Shown here: in pieces, positions 1 through 9,612 of the stretch
Position numbering within the stretch: the first letter of the stretch is position 1
Layout of the letters: each line of letters begins with the position of its first letter
NCBI GenBank assembly: GCA_964547725.1
Contig: CAZJOO010000001.1
Span: 1,535 to 35,571 of the forward strand
Direction of reading: 5' to 3'
DNA from: an uncultured Candidatus Saccharibacteria bacterium
Lineage (GTDB): Bacteria > Patescibacteriota > Minisyncoccia > Minisyncoccales > Minisyncoccaceae
DNA: 34,037 nt
Notes under the pieces: generated by a model
Databases searched by the model: none
The model's input: only the letters and a program-made list of their open reading frames with translations
What the model was told of the DNA's origin: nothing
Position numbers and translations under genes: made by a program

Positions 1-4
1 TTCT

Positions 5-961
5 TTGAAAAAGACACGAGTGTATTTAGTTTATTTTAGAAAGAAGCAAATTGAAAAAGCAATCTACCAAGAGCTAATTGATTCTTGGGATAAAGTAACC
101 GTACTTTCTTTGAAACTAAGAGAAGAGTTAAAAAAAGAAACTTCTTTGGATATTAGTGCTCAATTCTTTGAAAGCAAAGATGTTAAAAGAGCAGTGATTA
201 CCTTAACAGACGGGCTTCAAATAGAAACTGTTTTAATGAGACACGAAGATAGAAACACTGTTTGTGTTTCTTCTCAGGTAGGATGTGCTCTTGGTTGTAA
301 GTTCTGTGCTACAGGAAAATTAGGATTAAAAAGAAATTTAACTGCCGAAGAAATATTAGAACAAGTTTTAGTTTTTGAAAGAAAGGAGCCGATTAATAAT
401 ATAGTTTTTATGGGAATGGGTGAACCTTTTTTAAACTACGAAAACGTAATGAAGGCGATAAGAATGCTGAATAATGAAAATGCTTTTAATATCGGAGCAA
501 GACATATCTCAATCTCAACAGTAGGAATTATTGAGGGAATCGAAAAGCTAAGCAAGGAAGATTTACAAGTTAATTTAGCTATTTCTCTTCATGCGCCAAA
601 CAATACGCTAAGATCAAAAATAATGCCTGTGTCAAAAAAATATTCTTTAGAAGACGTTCTCAAGGCTACAAATAAATATATTGAGAAAACTAATAGAAAA
701 GTAATGTTTGAATATACTTTAATCGATGATGTTAATGATTCAATTGATGAAGCTAGAGAATTAGCTAAGATTATGAGACACCCACTTTATTTAGTTAATT
801 TAATTAAATACAATAATACTAAAGAATTTAAAGCTCCGTCAAAAGAAAAAATTGAAAGCTTCAAAAACTATTTAATTAAAGGAGGAATCTACGTAACTGA
901 AAGATTTAGATTCGGAGGAGATATTCACGCTGCTTGTGGACAGCTTTGTCTTAAAAAGTAA
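5..961 (+). CDS. rlmN: Radical-SAM rRNA/tRNA adenine-C2 methyltransferase RlmN; the 5' end may be truncated by the window edge
   Basis: 318-aa ORF. Radical-SAM cysteine motif in 'GCALGCKFCATG', an RlmN-like 'FRKKQIEKAIY' box near the N-terminus, and 'HAACGQL' near the C-terminus. The listed start is TTG and the frame stays open to base 2. Confidence 0.85.
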   Translation: MKKTRVYLVYFRKKQIEKAIYQELIDSWDKVTVLSLKLREELKKETSLDISAQFFESKDVKRAVITLTDGLQIETVLMRHEDRNTVCVSSQVGCALGCKFCATGKLGLKRNLTAEEILEQVLVFERKEPINNIVFMGMGEPFLNYENVMKAIRMLNNENAFNIGARHISISTVGIIEGIEKLSKEDLQVNLAISLHAPNNTLRSKIMPVSKKYSLEDVLKATNKYIEKTNRKVMFEYTLIDDVNDSIDEARELAKIMRHPLYLVNLIKYNNTKEFKAPSKEKIESFKNYLIKGGIYVTERFRFGGDIHAACGQLCLKK

Positions 962-980
962 ATTATGCTAAAATAGTAAT

Positions 981-1247
981 ATGAAAAAAGAAGTACAAGA
1001 AACAATAAAAAAATACGAAAAATACGCCCAAGAGAAAGGTTTTAAATTAAACCCAGACAAACAAGTGGTTGAAAATATTGTTGAGTTGCTTCTTAAAAAA
1101 GAAAAAACTTTGGGGGCAAGATATTGTCCTTGCAGAAGATTAAGCGAAGATAAAGAAAAGAACAAAGAAATAATTTGTCCTTGTAAATTTCATTTAGAAG
1201 AAATTGAAAAAAATGGACAATGTCATTGTTTTTTATTTGTTAAATAA
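981..1247 (+). CDS. Ferredoxin:thioredoxin reductase catalytic-subunit-like protein
   Basis: 88-aa ORF with three cysteine pairs, 'CPCRR', 'CPCKFH' and 'CHCFLF'. This is the CPC/CPC/CHC pattern of the FTR catalytic chain. Confidence 0.7.
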   Translation: MKKEVQETIKKYEKYAQEKGFKLNPDKQVVENIVELLLKKEKTLGARYCPCRRLSEDKEKNKEIICPCKFHLEEIEKNGQCHCFLFVK

Positions 1248-1252
1248 ATAAG

Positions 1253-1951
1253 ATGAAAAAACAAACAATTTTACTTAAGCTAACAGGAGAATTATTTGGA
1301 GATAAGAATCGAGCCATATCTCTTTTAGCGGCTAAAGAAATAGCTGAAAAAATAATTACCTTAAAAAAGAAAGGAATAAACCTTGCTATTGTTATTGGTG
1401 GGGGAAATATCTTTAGAGGAAGAGAGGTAGGTGCTGAAAGGTTCGATAGAGCTGTAGCAGATAATATGGGGATGCTTGCAACTATTATCAACGGACTAGC
1501 CCTTCAAGAATCTCTTGAGGGAATGGGTGCAGAAACAAGAATGCTAACTGCAATTGAAATGCCTAAAATAGCTGAACCATTCTTTAGAAGAAAAGCTTTA
1601 AGTCATTTAAAAAAAGACCGCATTGTTATTTTTTCGGGAGGAACAGGAAATCCCTTTTTTACAACTGACACCGCTGCTGTATTGAGAGCTTGCGAAATCA
1701 ATGCTGATTATATTTTGAAAGCAACTGATGTTGATGGAATTTACGACAAGGATCCAGATAATCACAAAGAAGCTAAAAAGTTCAAAACTATTTCTTTCCA
1801 GGAAGTAATCGAAAAGAACTTAAAAGTTATGGATTCAACTGCTTTTACTTTATGTAGAGATAATAAGATACCTTTAATTGTTTTCAACCTCAAACATTTA
1901 GAAAAGATAGAAGATATTTTAAAGAATAAAATTGGAACTTTAGTAAAATAA
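1253..1951 (+). CDS. pyrH: UMP kinase
   Basis: 232 aa. Amino-acid-kinase motifs 'LLKLTGELFG', 'VIGGGNIFRG' and 'FSGGTGNPFFTTDTAA'. Confidence 0.9.
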   Translation: MKKQTILLKLTGELFGDKNRAISLLAAKEIAEKIITLKKKGINLAIVIGGGNIFRGREVGAERFDRAVADNMGMLATIINGLALQESLEGMGAETRMLTAIEMPKIAEPFFRRKALSHLKKDRIVIFSGGTGNPFFTTDTAAVLRACEINADYILKATDVDGIYDKDPDNHKEAKKFKTISFQEVIEKNLKVMDSTAFTLCRDNKIPLIVFNLKHLEKIEDILKNKIGTLVK

Positions 1952-1955
1952 ATTT

Positions 1956-2732
1956 ATGAGTGATTATTACAACCCAAGAAGAACAACGGGGTTATTTAAC
2001 CCTAAGTCAAAAGAACCTTTCAAACTAAGTAGATCTAAAATTGATTTATTTGTTGAGTGTCCTCAATGTTTCTATTTAGATAGAAGATTAGGAACAGGAA
2101 GACCTCCTGGCTTTCCTTTCAACCTAAACAATGCTGTTGATACTTTACTTAAAAAAGAATTTGACCTTTTAAGAAAAGAAGGTAGCCCACATCCATTGTT
2201 TGAAGAATTTGGAATCGACGCCATTCCTTTTGCTCACAAAAAATTAGATGATTTTAGAAATACCTTTATCGGCGTACAATACCTTCACGAACCTTCTAAT
2301 TTTTTAGTCTTTGGTGGAGTTGATGATTTATGGATTAATCCCGAAGGGCAAGTTATTATTGTAGATTACAAAGCAACGGCAAAGGATGGAGAAGTTAATC
2401 TTGATGCAGAATGGCAAAATGGATATAAAAGACAAATGGAAGTTTATCAGTGGCTAGTAAGACATAACGGATTTGAGGTTTCTGACACTGGATACTTTTT
2501 GTACTGCAATGGTGATGTTGGACAGCCAAAGTTCGATGCCAAATTAGAATTTAAAATGAAGATTATTCCATACACTGGCGATACTTCTTGGATTGAACCA
2601 AAACTAATGGAAATGAAAGAATGTTTAATGAAAGATGAAATTCCAGAAATGAATCCTAGCTGTGATTATTGTAAGTATAGAAAAGAAGTTGTTGTTTCGA
2701 AAATAAAATTTGAAAAAGAACATAAAAAATAA
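1956..2732 (+). CDS. PD-(D/E)XK nuclease, Cas4/RecB-like, with four terminal cysteines
   Basis: 258 aa. Nuclease core 'GGVDDL...IIVDYKA' (D...D/ExK) and the QxxxY motif 'QMEVYQWL'. An N-terminal 'CPQC' and a C-terminal 'CDYC' are arranged like a Cas4/AddB Fe-S cluster. Confidence 0.7.
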   Translation: MSDYYNPRRTTGLFNPKSKEPFKLSRSKIDLFVECPQCFYLDRRLGTGRPPGFPFNLNNAVDTLLKKEFDLLRKEGSPHPLFEEFGIDAIPFAHKKLDDFRNTFIGVQYLHEPSNFLVFGGVDDLWINPEGQVIIVDYKATAKDGEVNLDAEWQNGYKRQMEVYQWLVRHNGFEVSDTGYFLYCNGDVGQPKFDAKLEFKMKIIPYTGDTSWIEPKLMEMKECLMKDEIPEMNPSCDYCKYRKEVVVSKIKFEKEHKK

Positions 2733-2742
2733 TAGTAAAATT

Positions 2743-2773
2743 AAATTCGCTTAAAGGGCGAATTTAAGTTTTT
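2743..2773 (+). terminator. Candidate intrinsic terminator after the nuclease gene
   Basis: 8-bp perfect stem aaattcgc (2743-2750) / gcgaattt (2758-2765) with a 7-nt loop, followed by aagttttt. Confidence 0.5.
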
Positions 2774-2776
2774 AAA

Positions 2777-3964
2777 ATGTATAAAGAAATACTAAAAAAT
2801 AATATTTTTACTGTCTCCGAATATATAGAATTTTTAAATAATTTTCTAGAAGGATGTGAAGCCAAAATAGAAGGGGAAGTAAGTCAAGTTAAAAAAAGTA
2901 GCAAAGGACACGTTTATTTTTCTCTTAAGGATAAGAATGGAAGTATCTTAGATTGTGTTGTTTGGAATTATTATTACCGTCTTTGTGGTATTAATTTAGA
3001 GGAAGGAATGAATATAATTGTAGGAGGAACTCCTAATGTTTATGCACCTTCTGGAAGGTTGAGTTTTAAAGCTTCAACAATTGAACTTATGGGGGAGGGA
3101 GCTCTTAAAAAACAATACTTGGAATTAAAAAACAAATTAGAAAAAGAAGGTGTTTTTGATAGAGAATTAGAATTGAAAAAATATCCTAAAAAGATAGGAA
3201 TTATTACTTCTAAATACGGAGCTGTTATTCAAGACTTTTTAAATAATCTAGGAAGATATAATTTTAAAATTAAATTCATTGATTCAAGAGTAGAGGGCTC
3301 AGAAGCAATAGAAGATTTAATTTCTGCCATCAAAACTTTCAAAAAAGAGGATCTTGATTGTCTTGTCGTTATGAGAGGAGGTGGTTCAAAAAACTCTTTC
3401 GATGTTTTTAATAACGAAACTGTTATTAGAGAAATAATTGATTTCCCTTGTTCTGTTATTTCTGGATTGGGGCATCACGAAGACGAGCCGCTTTTTGCTT
3501 TAGCTTCAGATTATTCAGTCTCTACTCCAACCGCAGCCGCAGAACTTTTAAATTCTTCTTGGGATAAAATTATTTACGAACTTAAAAATCAAGAACAATA
3601 TATTTTTGAAAAATACAAAGACCTTCTAACTAATATAAATTACAAAATAGAAAAAGCGGTTAATAGTTTTTCTATCATCGAGAATGAAATTAAAAACAAA
3701 AATATTTTTCTCGATAATCTACAAACCAACTTAGTTAATAGTTTTTCTTCTATTGTTAAGGAAACTAAAAACAAAATTGATTATTTAGAAAAAGGAATTA
3801 ATTACAATAATCCGAATCGACAACTGAAAATGGGTTATTCTATTATTAGAAAAAACAATACAATAATTAAAAGTATTAACTGTATTAACGAGAACGACCT
3901 GATTGACTTAGAGGTTCTCGATGGTATAATTAAATCAAAAGTATATGACAAAAAAAGAAAATAA
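2777..3964 (+). CDS. xseA: Exodeoxyribonuclease VII large subunit
   Basis: 395 aa. N-terminal OB-like region, central 'VVMRGGGS' and 'GLGHHEDEP' motifs, and a long helical C-terminal tail. Overlaps the following small-subunit ORF by 20 nt. Confidence 0.85.
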   Translation: MYKEILKNNIFTVSEYIEFLNNFLEGCEAKIEGEVSQVKKSSKGHVYFSLKDKNGSILDCVVWNYYYRLCGINLEEGMNIIVGGTPNVYAPSGRLSFKASTIELMGEGALKKQYLELKNKLEKEGVFDRELELKKYPKKIGIITSKYGAVIQDFLNNLGRYNFKIKFIDSRVEGSEAIEDLISAIKTFKKEDLDCLVVMRGGGSKNSFDVFNNETVIREIIDFPCSVISGLGHHEDEPLFALASDYSVSTPTAAAELLNSSWDKIIYELKNQEQYIFEKYKDLLTNINYKIEKAVNSFSIIENEIKNKNIFLDNLQTNLVNSFSSIVKETKNKIDYLEKGINYNNPNRQLKMGYSIIRKNNTIIKSINCINENDLIDLEVLDGIIKSKVYDKKRK

Positions 3965-4145
3965 CAATTTAGGAGAATTAATAGATAATCTTTCGAAAAT
4001 TTCTGATTGGTTTGAATCTCAAGAAGAAATTGATATTGAGGTAGGACTTCAAAAAATAAAAGAAGCCACTACTTTAATTAAAGAAAGTAAAAAAAGATTA
4101 AAAGAAGTCGAAAACGAATTCGAAGAAATTAAAAAAGAAATATAA
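3945..4145 (+). CDS. xseB: Exodeoxyribonuclease VII small subunit
   Basis: 66-aa acidic helical protein that overlaps the xseA 3' end. Its size and position are typical of XseB. Confidence 0.75.
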   Translation: MTKKENNNLGELIDNLSKISDWFESQEEIDIEVGLQKIKEATTLIKESKKRLKEVENEFEEIKKEI

Positions 4146-4149
4146 AAAT

Positions 4150-4461
4150 ATGGACTTAACAGATCAAAATTTCGAAGAAACTATTTTAAAAGCAAACAAA
4201 CCAGTTGTGGTTGATTTTTGGGCTAATTGGTGTCCTCCTTGCAAAAAGTTAGGACCAATACTTGAAAAGGTAGCTGAAGACTATAAAGAAAAAATTACTG
4301 TTTACAAGGTAAACGTTGATGAGAATCCAACCCTAAGCCAAACTTTTAAAATTGAAGTGATACCAACTGTTGTTCTTTTTAAGGAAAATGAGGCTAAAGC
4401 TGGCTTTGTAGGTTTTAGAGAGGAAGAGGATATTAAGAGCTGGATAGATCAAAACATTTAA
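4150..4461 (+). CDS. trxA: Thioredoxin
   Basis: 103 aa with the 'WCPPCK' active site and thioredoxin-like flanking sequence. Confidence 0.9.
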   Translation: MDLTDQNFEETILKANKPVVVDFWANWCPPCKKLGPILEKVAEDYKEKITVYKVNVDENPTLSQTFKIEVIPTVVLFKENEAKAGFVGFREEEDIKSWIDQNI

Positions 4462-4507
4462 GAAAAACTTACAACATCTTTAGAACAATTTTCAAGGTTG
4501 TTTTTGG

Positions 4508-4515
4508 TATATAAT
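4508..4515 (+). promoter_or_regulatory. Candidate extended -10 element upstream of the S41 protease gene
   Basis: tggtatataat (TGn + TATATA/TATAAT) lies about 27 nt upstream of the ATG at 4542, with an agggaag Shine-Dalgarno-like stretch between them. Confidence 0.3.
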
Positions 4516-4541
4516 TATGATATAAAAAAGGGAAGAATCTT

Positions 4542-5717
4542 ATGAACACAAAAATATCAAAAGAAATAATAATAGTATTTACTTTGTGCCTTGGTTTTGG
4601 GGCCGGTTTTTTTATAAACCAACAATTAAATGAAAAACTATATACTGATTTATATACACAAGACACTATAAACTTTTCTTTACTTGGAGAGGTTTGGAGG
4701 AATATAAACGAAAACTTTGTCTTTGAAGATAATATCAACACAGAAGCAATGGTTTATGGCGCTATTAAAGGATTTGTTTCTGCCTTAGACGACCCTTACA
4801 CTTCTTTTTATGACCCAGAAGAGGCAGAGATATTCCAAAAAGACTTAGAAGGAACTTTTGATGGAATCGGAATTCAAATTGCTGAAAAAGATGGAAAAAT
4901 TAAAGTTATAGCTCCTATTAAAAATACTCCTGCCGAAAAAGCAGGAATATTAGCTGGAGATACTATTCTAAAAGTAAACGAAGAAGATGTTTCTAATATA
5001 TCAATTGACAAAATCGTTGAGAAAATAAGAGGAGATAATGGAACAATGGTTGCGTTAATTGTAGATAGAGACAATGAGGAAAAAACCTTTAATATTAAAA
5101 GGGAGACTATCGTCGTTCCTAGTTCTGAGCTTGAATTTGTTGATGGAATCGCTCACTTATCCCTCTTCCAGTTCTCAGAAACAACATCAAGAGATGTAAA
5201 GCTACAAGTAAACGAGATTTTGCAAACAAGCAACGTGAAAGGAATCATTCTTGATTTGAGAAATAATCCAGGAGGGCTTGTAAGCGAAGCAAAAAACGTC
5301 GCTTCTTTCTTCCTTGAAAAAGACAAAAAAATAGTCAAAGAATGTGATAAGGAAAACGAATGTACATGGCTTTTATCAGACGGTCCTGGAAAGTTGGCTA
5401 ATTACCCAATAGTCATTCTTATTAATCAAGGAACTGCTTCGGCTGCAGAGATTTTAACTGGAGCACTAGAAGCTAATCTAGAAAACGTAACCCTTGTTGG
5501 GGACACTTCCTTTGGAAAAGGACTTGTACAAAGAGTTGTTTATCTAGGAGACGGCTCAATTCTTAAAATTACCACAGAGGAATGGTATACTCCAAATGAT
5601 GAAAAAATTAATGCTGTCGGAATAGAACCTGATATTAAAATAGAGATAACAAAAGAAGACGTTGAAGAAGGAAAAGATCCTCAAATTGAAAAAGCAAAAG
5701 AATTAATTAATAATTAA
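4542..5717 (+). CDS. Carboxy-terminal processing protease (peptidase S41) with a PDZ domain
   Basis: 391 aa. N-terminal membrane anchor, PDZ-like 'PAEKAGILAGDTILKVN', and S41 catalytic regions 'NQGTASAAEI' and 'SFGKGLVQ'. Confidence 0.85.
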   Translation: MNTKISKEIIIVFTLCLGFGAGFFINQQLNEKLYTDLYTQDTINFSLLGEVWRNINENFVFEDNINTEAMVYGAIKGFVSALDDPYTSFYDPEEAEIFQKDLEGTFDGIGIQIAEKDGKIKVIAPIKNTPAEKAGILAGDTILKVNEEDVSNISIDKIVEKIRGDNGTMVALIVDRDNEEKTFNIKRETIVVPSSELEFVDGIAHLSLFQFSETTSRDVKLQVNEILQTSNVKGIILDLRNNPGGLVSEAKNVASFFLEKDKKIVKECDKENECTWLLSDGPGKLANYPIVILINQGTASAAEILTGALEANLENVTLVGDTSFGKGLVQRVVYLGDGSILKITTEEWYTPNDEKINAVGIEPDIKIEITKEDVEEGKDPQIEKAKELINN

Positions 5718-5729
5718 AACAATAAAGAT

Positions 5730-6173
5730 ATGTTAGTACTACTAATTGAAAACGTAAAAAATTTAGGAAAGAAAAACGAAATTAAAAATGTTAGTGATGG
5801 ATATGCTAACAACTTCCTTTTTGTTAAGAAATTAGCAATCAAAGCTACTCCTGAATTAGTTCAGAAAGCAAAAGCAGCGGAAGCTTTAGAGAAAGAGAGA
5901 CAGAAAAAAGAAGCAGAAAATATCAAAGAACAAGCTAAGAAAATTAACGACAAAAGATTTATCGTTAAAGTTAAGGCAGGAGAAGAAGGACAATTATTCG
6001 AAGCTGTTTCAGCAATAAAAATTGCTGAGAAAATTAACCAAAACGGATTCAGTGTTGATGCAAAGCAAATAATCATAAACGAACCGATTAAAAAAGTAGG
6101 AGAACACAAAGCAATTGTAAAATTCAACGCAGAGCTAGAGTCTACAGTAAACATAATAATAGATAAGGAATAA
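5730..6173 (+). CDS. rplI: 50S ribosomal protein L9
   Basis: 147 aa. The N-terminal '[28 protein letters not shown]' matches the bL9 signature. Confidence 0.85.
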   Translation: MLVLLIENVKNLGKKNEIKNVSDGYANNFLFVKKLAIKATPELVQKAKAAEALEKERQKKEAENIKEQAKKINDKRFIVKVKAGEEGQLFEAVSAIKIAEKINQNGFSVDAKQIIINEPIKKVGEHKAIVKFNAELESTVNIIIDKE

Positions 6174-6184
6174 ATAATATCATT

Positions 6185-7813
6185 ATGACTAAATACATCT
6201 TTATTGGTGGAGGGGTTATGTCTTCGGTTGGTAAGGGGATTACAACAGCCTCTATTGGAAAAGTTTTGCAATCAAGAGGATATACCGTGACTGCAGTAAA
6301 AATTGATCCATACATAAACGTTGATGCTGGAACAATGAATCCTATCGAACACGGGGAAGTTTTTGTAACAAATGATGGAACTGAATGTGATCAAGATATT
6401 GGTAACTACGAAAGATTTTTAAATTTAGATCTTTCTAAAGATAACTATATGACAACTGGTCTTGTTTACCTTTCTGTTATCCAAAAAGAAAGAAATCTAG
6501 AATTCAACGGAAGATGTGTTGAAGTTGTACCCGATATACCAAACGAAGTTATTTCAAGAATCAAAAAAGTAGAAGAAATAACAAAAGCTGATTTTATTTT
6601 AATTGAAATTGGAGGAACTGTCGGTGAATACCAAAACATGCTTTTCTTAGAAGCTGCTCGTATCATGAAGCTTCAAGAACCTGAAAATGTATTATTCGCC
6701 CTTGTGAGCTATTTGCCAATTCCATCTGTTGTTGGAGAAATGAAAACTAAACCTACTCAGACAGCAGTAAGAACTTTAAATAGTGCCGGTATTCAGCCCG
6801 ACCTTATTTTTGGAAGATCTAGCAGACCTCTTGATGAGCCAAGAAAGAAAAAGATTTCTATTTTTTGTAATTTAAGGGAAGAATATATTTTTTCTTCTCC
6901 AGACGTAGAATCTATTTACCAAATTCCTGTTAATTTTGAAGAAGAGGGCTTGGGTGATAAAATTTTAGAAAAGTTTGGAATTAAAGAAAAAGCACACGAT
7001 TTAACAGAATGGAAAAATTTAGTTGAAAGAATTAAAAACGTAAAAGAAGAAGTTAGTATAGGGGTTATCGGAAAATACTTCGAAACAGGAGAATTCAATC
7101 TAATGGATTCATATATTTCCGTTATCGAAGCTATTAAACACGCTGGATGGAACGAAAACGTTAAACCAAAAATTACTTGGTTATCATCTTCAAAATATGA
7201 GAATGGAGAAAACCTAGAAGAGCTTGATGCTTTCGACGCCATTATCGTTCCTGGAGGTTTTGGAACAAGAGGAACTGAAGGAAAGATAAAGGTAATTGAA
7301 TATGCCAGAAATAAAAATATTCCTTTCTTGGGATTGTGTCTTGGTCTTCAATTATCTGTTATTGAGTATGCTAGAAATGTTTGTGGAATAAAAGACGCCA
7401 CTTCTAGAGAGTTTGATGAAAATGGAAACAATCTAGTAATTGACATAATGGAGGAGCAAAAAGAACTTCTAAGAAATAATAACTATGGTGGAACGATGAG
7501 ACTTGGCTCTTGGGATTGCAATATTAAAAAAGATACTTTAGCTTACAGTCTTTACGGAGCAGAAGATATCACAGAAAGACACAGGCATAGATATGAAGTT
7601 AATAACGACTATAGAAATATTCTAGAGGAAAAAGGACTAGTTTTTTCAGGAATAAACAGAGATAAAGATCTTATAGAAATAATTGAATTAAAAAATCATC
7701 CATATTTCATTGCTTGTCAATTTCACCCAGAGTTAAAATCAAAACCATTAAGTGTTCATCCTTTATTTGTTGGATTAATTAAAGCCGGTATAAAAAGAAA
7801 AGGAGGACTTTAA
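6185..7813 (+). CDS. pyrG: CTP synthase
   Basis: 542 aa. N-terminal 'KYIFIGGGVMSSVGKGI' and the glutamine amidotransferase motifs 'GLCLGLQ' and 'CQFHPE'. Confidence 0.95.
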   Translation: MTKYIFIGGGVMSSVGKGITTASIGKVLQSRGYTVTAVKIDPYINVDAGTMNPIEHGEVFVTNDGTECDQDIGNYERFLNLDLSKDNYMTTGLVYLSVIQKERNLEFNGRCVEVVPDIPNEVISRIKKVEEITKADFILIEIGGTVGEYQNMLFLEAARIMKLQEPENVLFALVSYLPIPSVVGEMKTKPTQTAVRTLNSAGIQPDLIFGRSSRPLDEPRKKKISIFCNLREEYIFSSPDVESIYQIPVNFEEEGLGDKILEKFGIKEKAHDLTEWKNLVERIKNVKEEVSIGVIGKYFETGEFNLMDSYISVIEAIKHAGWNENVKPKITWLSSSKYENGENLEELDAFDAIIVPGGFGTRGTEGKIKVIEYARNKNIPFLGLCLGLQLSVIEYARNVCGIKDATSREFDENGNNLVIDIMEEQKELLRNNNYGGTMRLGSWDCNIKKDTLAYSLYGAEDITERHRHRYEVNNDYRNILEEKGLVFSGINRDKDLIEIIELKNHPYFIACQFHPELKSKPLSVHPLFVGLIKAGIKRKGGL

Positions 7814-7827
7814 AAGTCCACCCATTT

Positions 7828-7860
7828 AAAAAGACTTCTTATTAAAGAAGTCTTTTTTTT
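7828..7860. terminator. Bidirectional intrinsic terminator between convergent pyrG and rpmA
   Basis: Perfect 13-bp stem aaaaagacttctt (7828-7840) / aagaagtcttttt (7845-7857) with a 4-nt loop. An A-run precedes it and a T-run follows it. Confidence 0.7.
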
Positions 7861-8131
7861 ATTTTACGTTAACAACTTTGGCTATTCTTTGAGATCCATC
7901 AAAGTTTTTCTTTTGCCTTGTAGTAAATTCAACAACACCTTCTTTCATAGAATAGATACTGTAATCTTTACCAACCTTTACATTCTTTCCTGGCAAAAAT
8001 TTAGTTCCTCTTTGACGAAGAATAATATCACCTGTTTTTACCTTTTCTCCACCGAAAAGTTTAACCCCTAAATATTGTGGCTGTGAATCTCTTCCTAATT
8101 TGGTTGTTCCTGAAGCTTTGGTCTTTGACAT
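7859..8131 (-). CDS. rpmA: 50S ribosomal protein L27
   Basis: 90 aa with the bL27 signature 'GTTKLGRDSQPQYLGVKLFGG'. Confidence 0.95.
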   Translation of the reverse strand: MSKTKASGTTKLGRDSQPQYLGVKLFGGEKVKTGDIILRQRGTKFLPGKNVKVGKDYSIYSMKEGVVEFTTRQKKNFDGSQRIAKVVNVK

Positions 8132-8191
8132 TTTTGTTGTAAACTGATTTAATATGTTTAGAAGATATTAAAAAACAGCATTAAAATTTAT

Positions 8192-8383
8192 ATGAAAATC
8201 ATAGCAAAAATTAAGTTTTTTGTCAAAACATATGAAAAAGAAATCATTCTATTTGTAGCCGTTTTCTTAATCTCATTCCTATCCTTTGCTATAGGATATT
8301 TATCAGCCAAAGAAAGTTGCAAAGAACCTATTAAAATAGAAAAAATTAATCATGAACTTACAACACCTAGTAATCATTCCTGA
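8192..8383 (+). CDS. Hypothetical small membrane protein
   Basis: 63-aa ORF with one hydrophobic helix, 'IILFVAVFLISFLSFAIGYL'. It overlaps the uppS start by 32 nt. No recognisable family. Confidence 0.35.
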   Translation: MKIIAKIKFFVKTYEKEIILFVAVFLISFLSFAIGYLSAKESCKEPIKIEKINHELTTPSNHS

Positions 8384-9044
8384 CGGGAACAGACGTTGGG
8401 CTAAGAAAAGACTTTTAGATCCTACTATGGGGCATCAAAAAGGAATGGAAAAATTTGAGAAACTCTACGAAACAATAGTAGAAATGAAAATACCTTATTT
8501 CTCTTTTTGGGGAGCTTCTTACGACAATTTAACCAAGAGAAGTGAAATCGAAATCCAAGGACTACTTAATCTTTTTCATTCAGAATTCAAAAAACTCTTA
8601 AACGATGAAAGAATTATGGAGAAAGGGATAAAAATTGACGTTATTGGAAGATGGCAAGAAATTTTTTCAAAGGAAACGAAAGACATTATTAATGAATGCA
8701 TTGAAAAAACTAAAAGCAACAAAGAGCTTCACTTAACCTTTTTATTAGCCTATAATGGAAATCATGAAATGGTTCACGCCATTAAACAAATAAAAGAAAA
8801 GAATCTTGATGTTACTGAAGAAAATATAAAAAATAATCTTTGGACCAAGAATCTTCCGCCAGTAGATTTTGTTATTAGAACTGGCGTTGATGAAGACCTT
8901 CATAATTCAGCTGGCTTTATGATGTGGGACACTGCATACTCTCAACTATATTTCACAAAAACTCTTTTTCCAGACCTTGATAAAGAAGAGCTAGAAAAAT
9001 CAATAGATAATTTCAATTTAAGAGAAAGAAGATATGGCAAGTAA
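8352..9044 (+). CDS. uppS: Isoprenyl transferase (undecaprenyl-diphosphate synthase family)
   Basis: 230 aa. Motifs 'IIPDGNRRWA', 'IRTGVDE...SAGFMMWD' and the C-terminal 'RERRYG'. Confidence 0.9.
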   Translation: MNLQHLVIIPDGNRRWAKKRLLDPTMGHQKGMEKFEKLYETIVEMKIPYFSFWGASYDNLTKRSEIEIQGLLNLFHSEFKKLLNDERIMEKGIKIDVIGRWQEIFSKETKDIINECIEKTKSNKELHLTFLLAYNGNHEMVHAIKQIKEKNLDVTEENIKNNLWTKNLPPVDFVIRTGVDEDLHNSAGFMMWDTAYSQLYFTKTLFPDLDKEELEKSIDNFNLRERRYGK

Positions 9045-9612
9045 CATTAAAAAAAGAATTTTCGTTGGTATTAATTTAGACGAAGACGACAAACAAAAAT
9101 TGGTTCGGATACAGAACAGCATTTCTCGTTATTTTCCTGAAAATGACCCAATTGTTTGGACAAAGAAAGAAAATTTACACATAACAGTTTTCTTTGTTGG
9201 TTTTGTTTACGATACAGATTTGTTCGATATTTTAAATCAAGTAGAAAAAGCCGCCAAAGGATTTAAACCTTTTTTCCTTAAATTTAACGAAATAGATTTT
9301 ATGCCAAGAGGAGATAACAAGAAAATGGTTTGGGTTTTTGGAAAACAAAATAAAGGACTAGAAGGTATTAGGCAGAAAATAAAACAAAACCTTTTAGAAA
9401 CAGAAAGAGAGGTTGAGTCGTTTACTCCACACATAACCATGGGAAGGATCACTCAATGGGTTTTGAGAAAAATAGAAAAAGAAGAAATCCCTAATATTAA
9501 CGATGAGATACCAATCAATTTTGAAATCTTAGTTGACTCAATAGATATTATGGAAAGTGAACTTAGAAAAGGAGGTGCAAAATATACAATTTTAAAAAAT
9601 ATAAAACTATGA
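9034..9612 (+). CDS. thpR: 2H phosphoesterase (RNA 2',3'-cyclic phosphodiesterase / LigT-like)
   Basis: 192 aa with two HxT motifs, 'HITVFF' and 'HITMGR', at the spacing typical of the 2H family. Confidence 0.75.
   Translation: MASNIKKRIFVGINLDEDDKQKLVRIQNSISRYFPENDPIVWTKKENLHITVFFVGFVYDTDLFDILNQVEKAAKGFKPFFLKFNEIDFMPRGDNKKMVWVFGKQNKGLEGIRQKIKQNLLETEREVESFTPHITMGRITQWVLRKIEKEEIPNINDEIPINFEILVDSIDIMESELRKGGAKYTILKNIKL

Noticed and set aside
968-1491. Minus-strand ORFs at 968-1165 and 1240-1491, and similar antisense ORFs throughout the track (for example 4469-4741, 5861-6271, 6916-7242, 12031-12357, 13399-13737, 14384-14713, 24773-25051 and 30295-30657)
   Set aside because: Each lies entirely opposite a well-supported gene. 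Their compositions are low-complexity and rich in Ser, Phe, Leu and Ile, typical of shadow frames in AT-rich DNA, and none has a recognisable motif.
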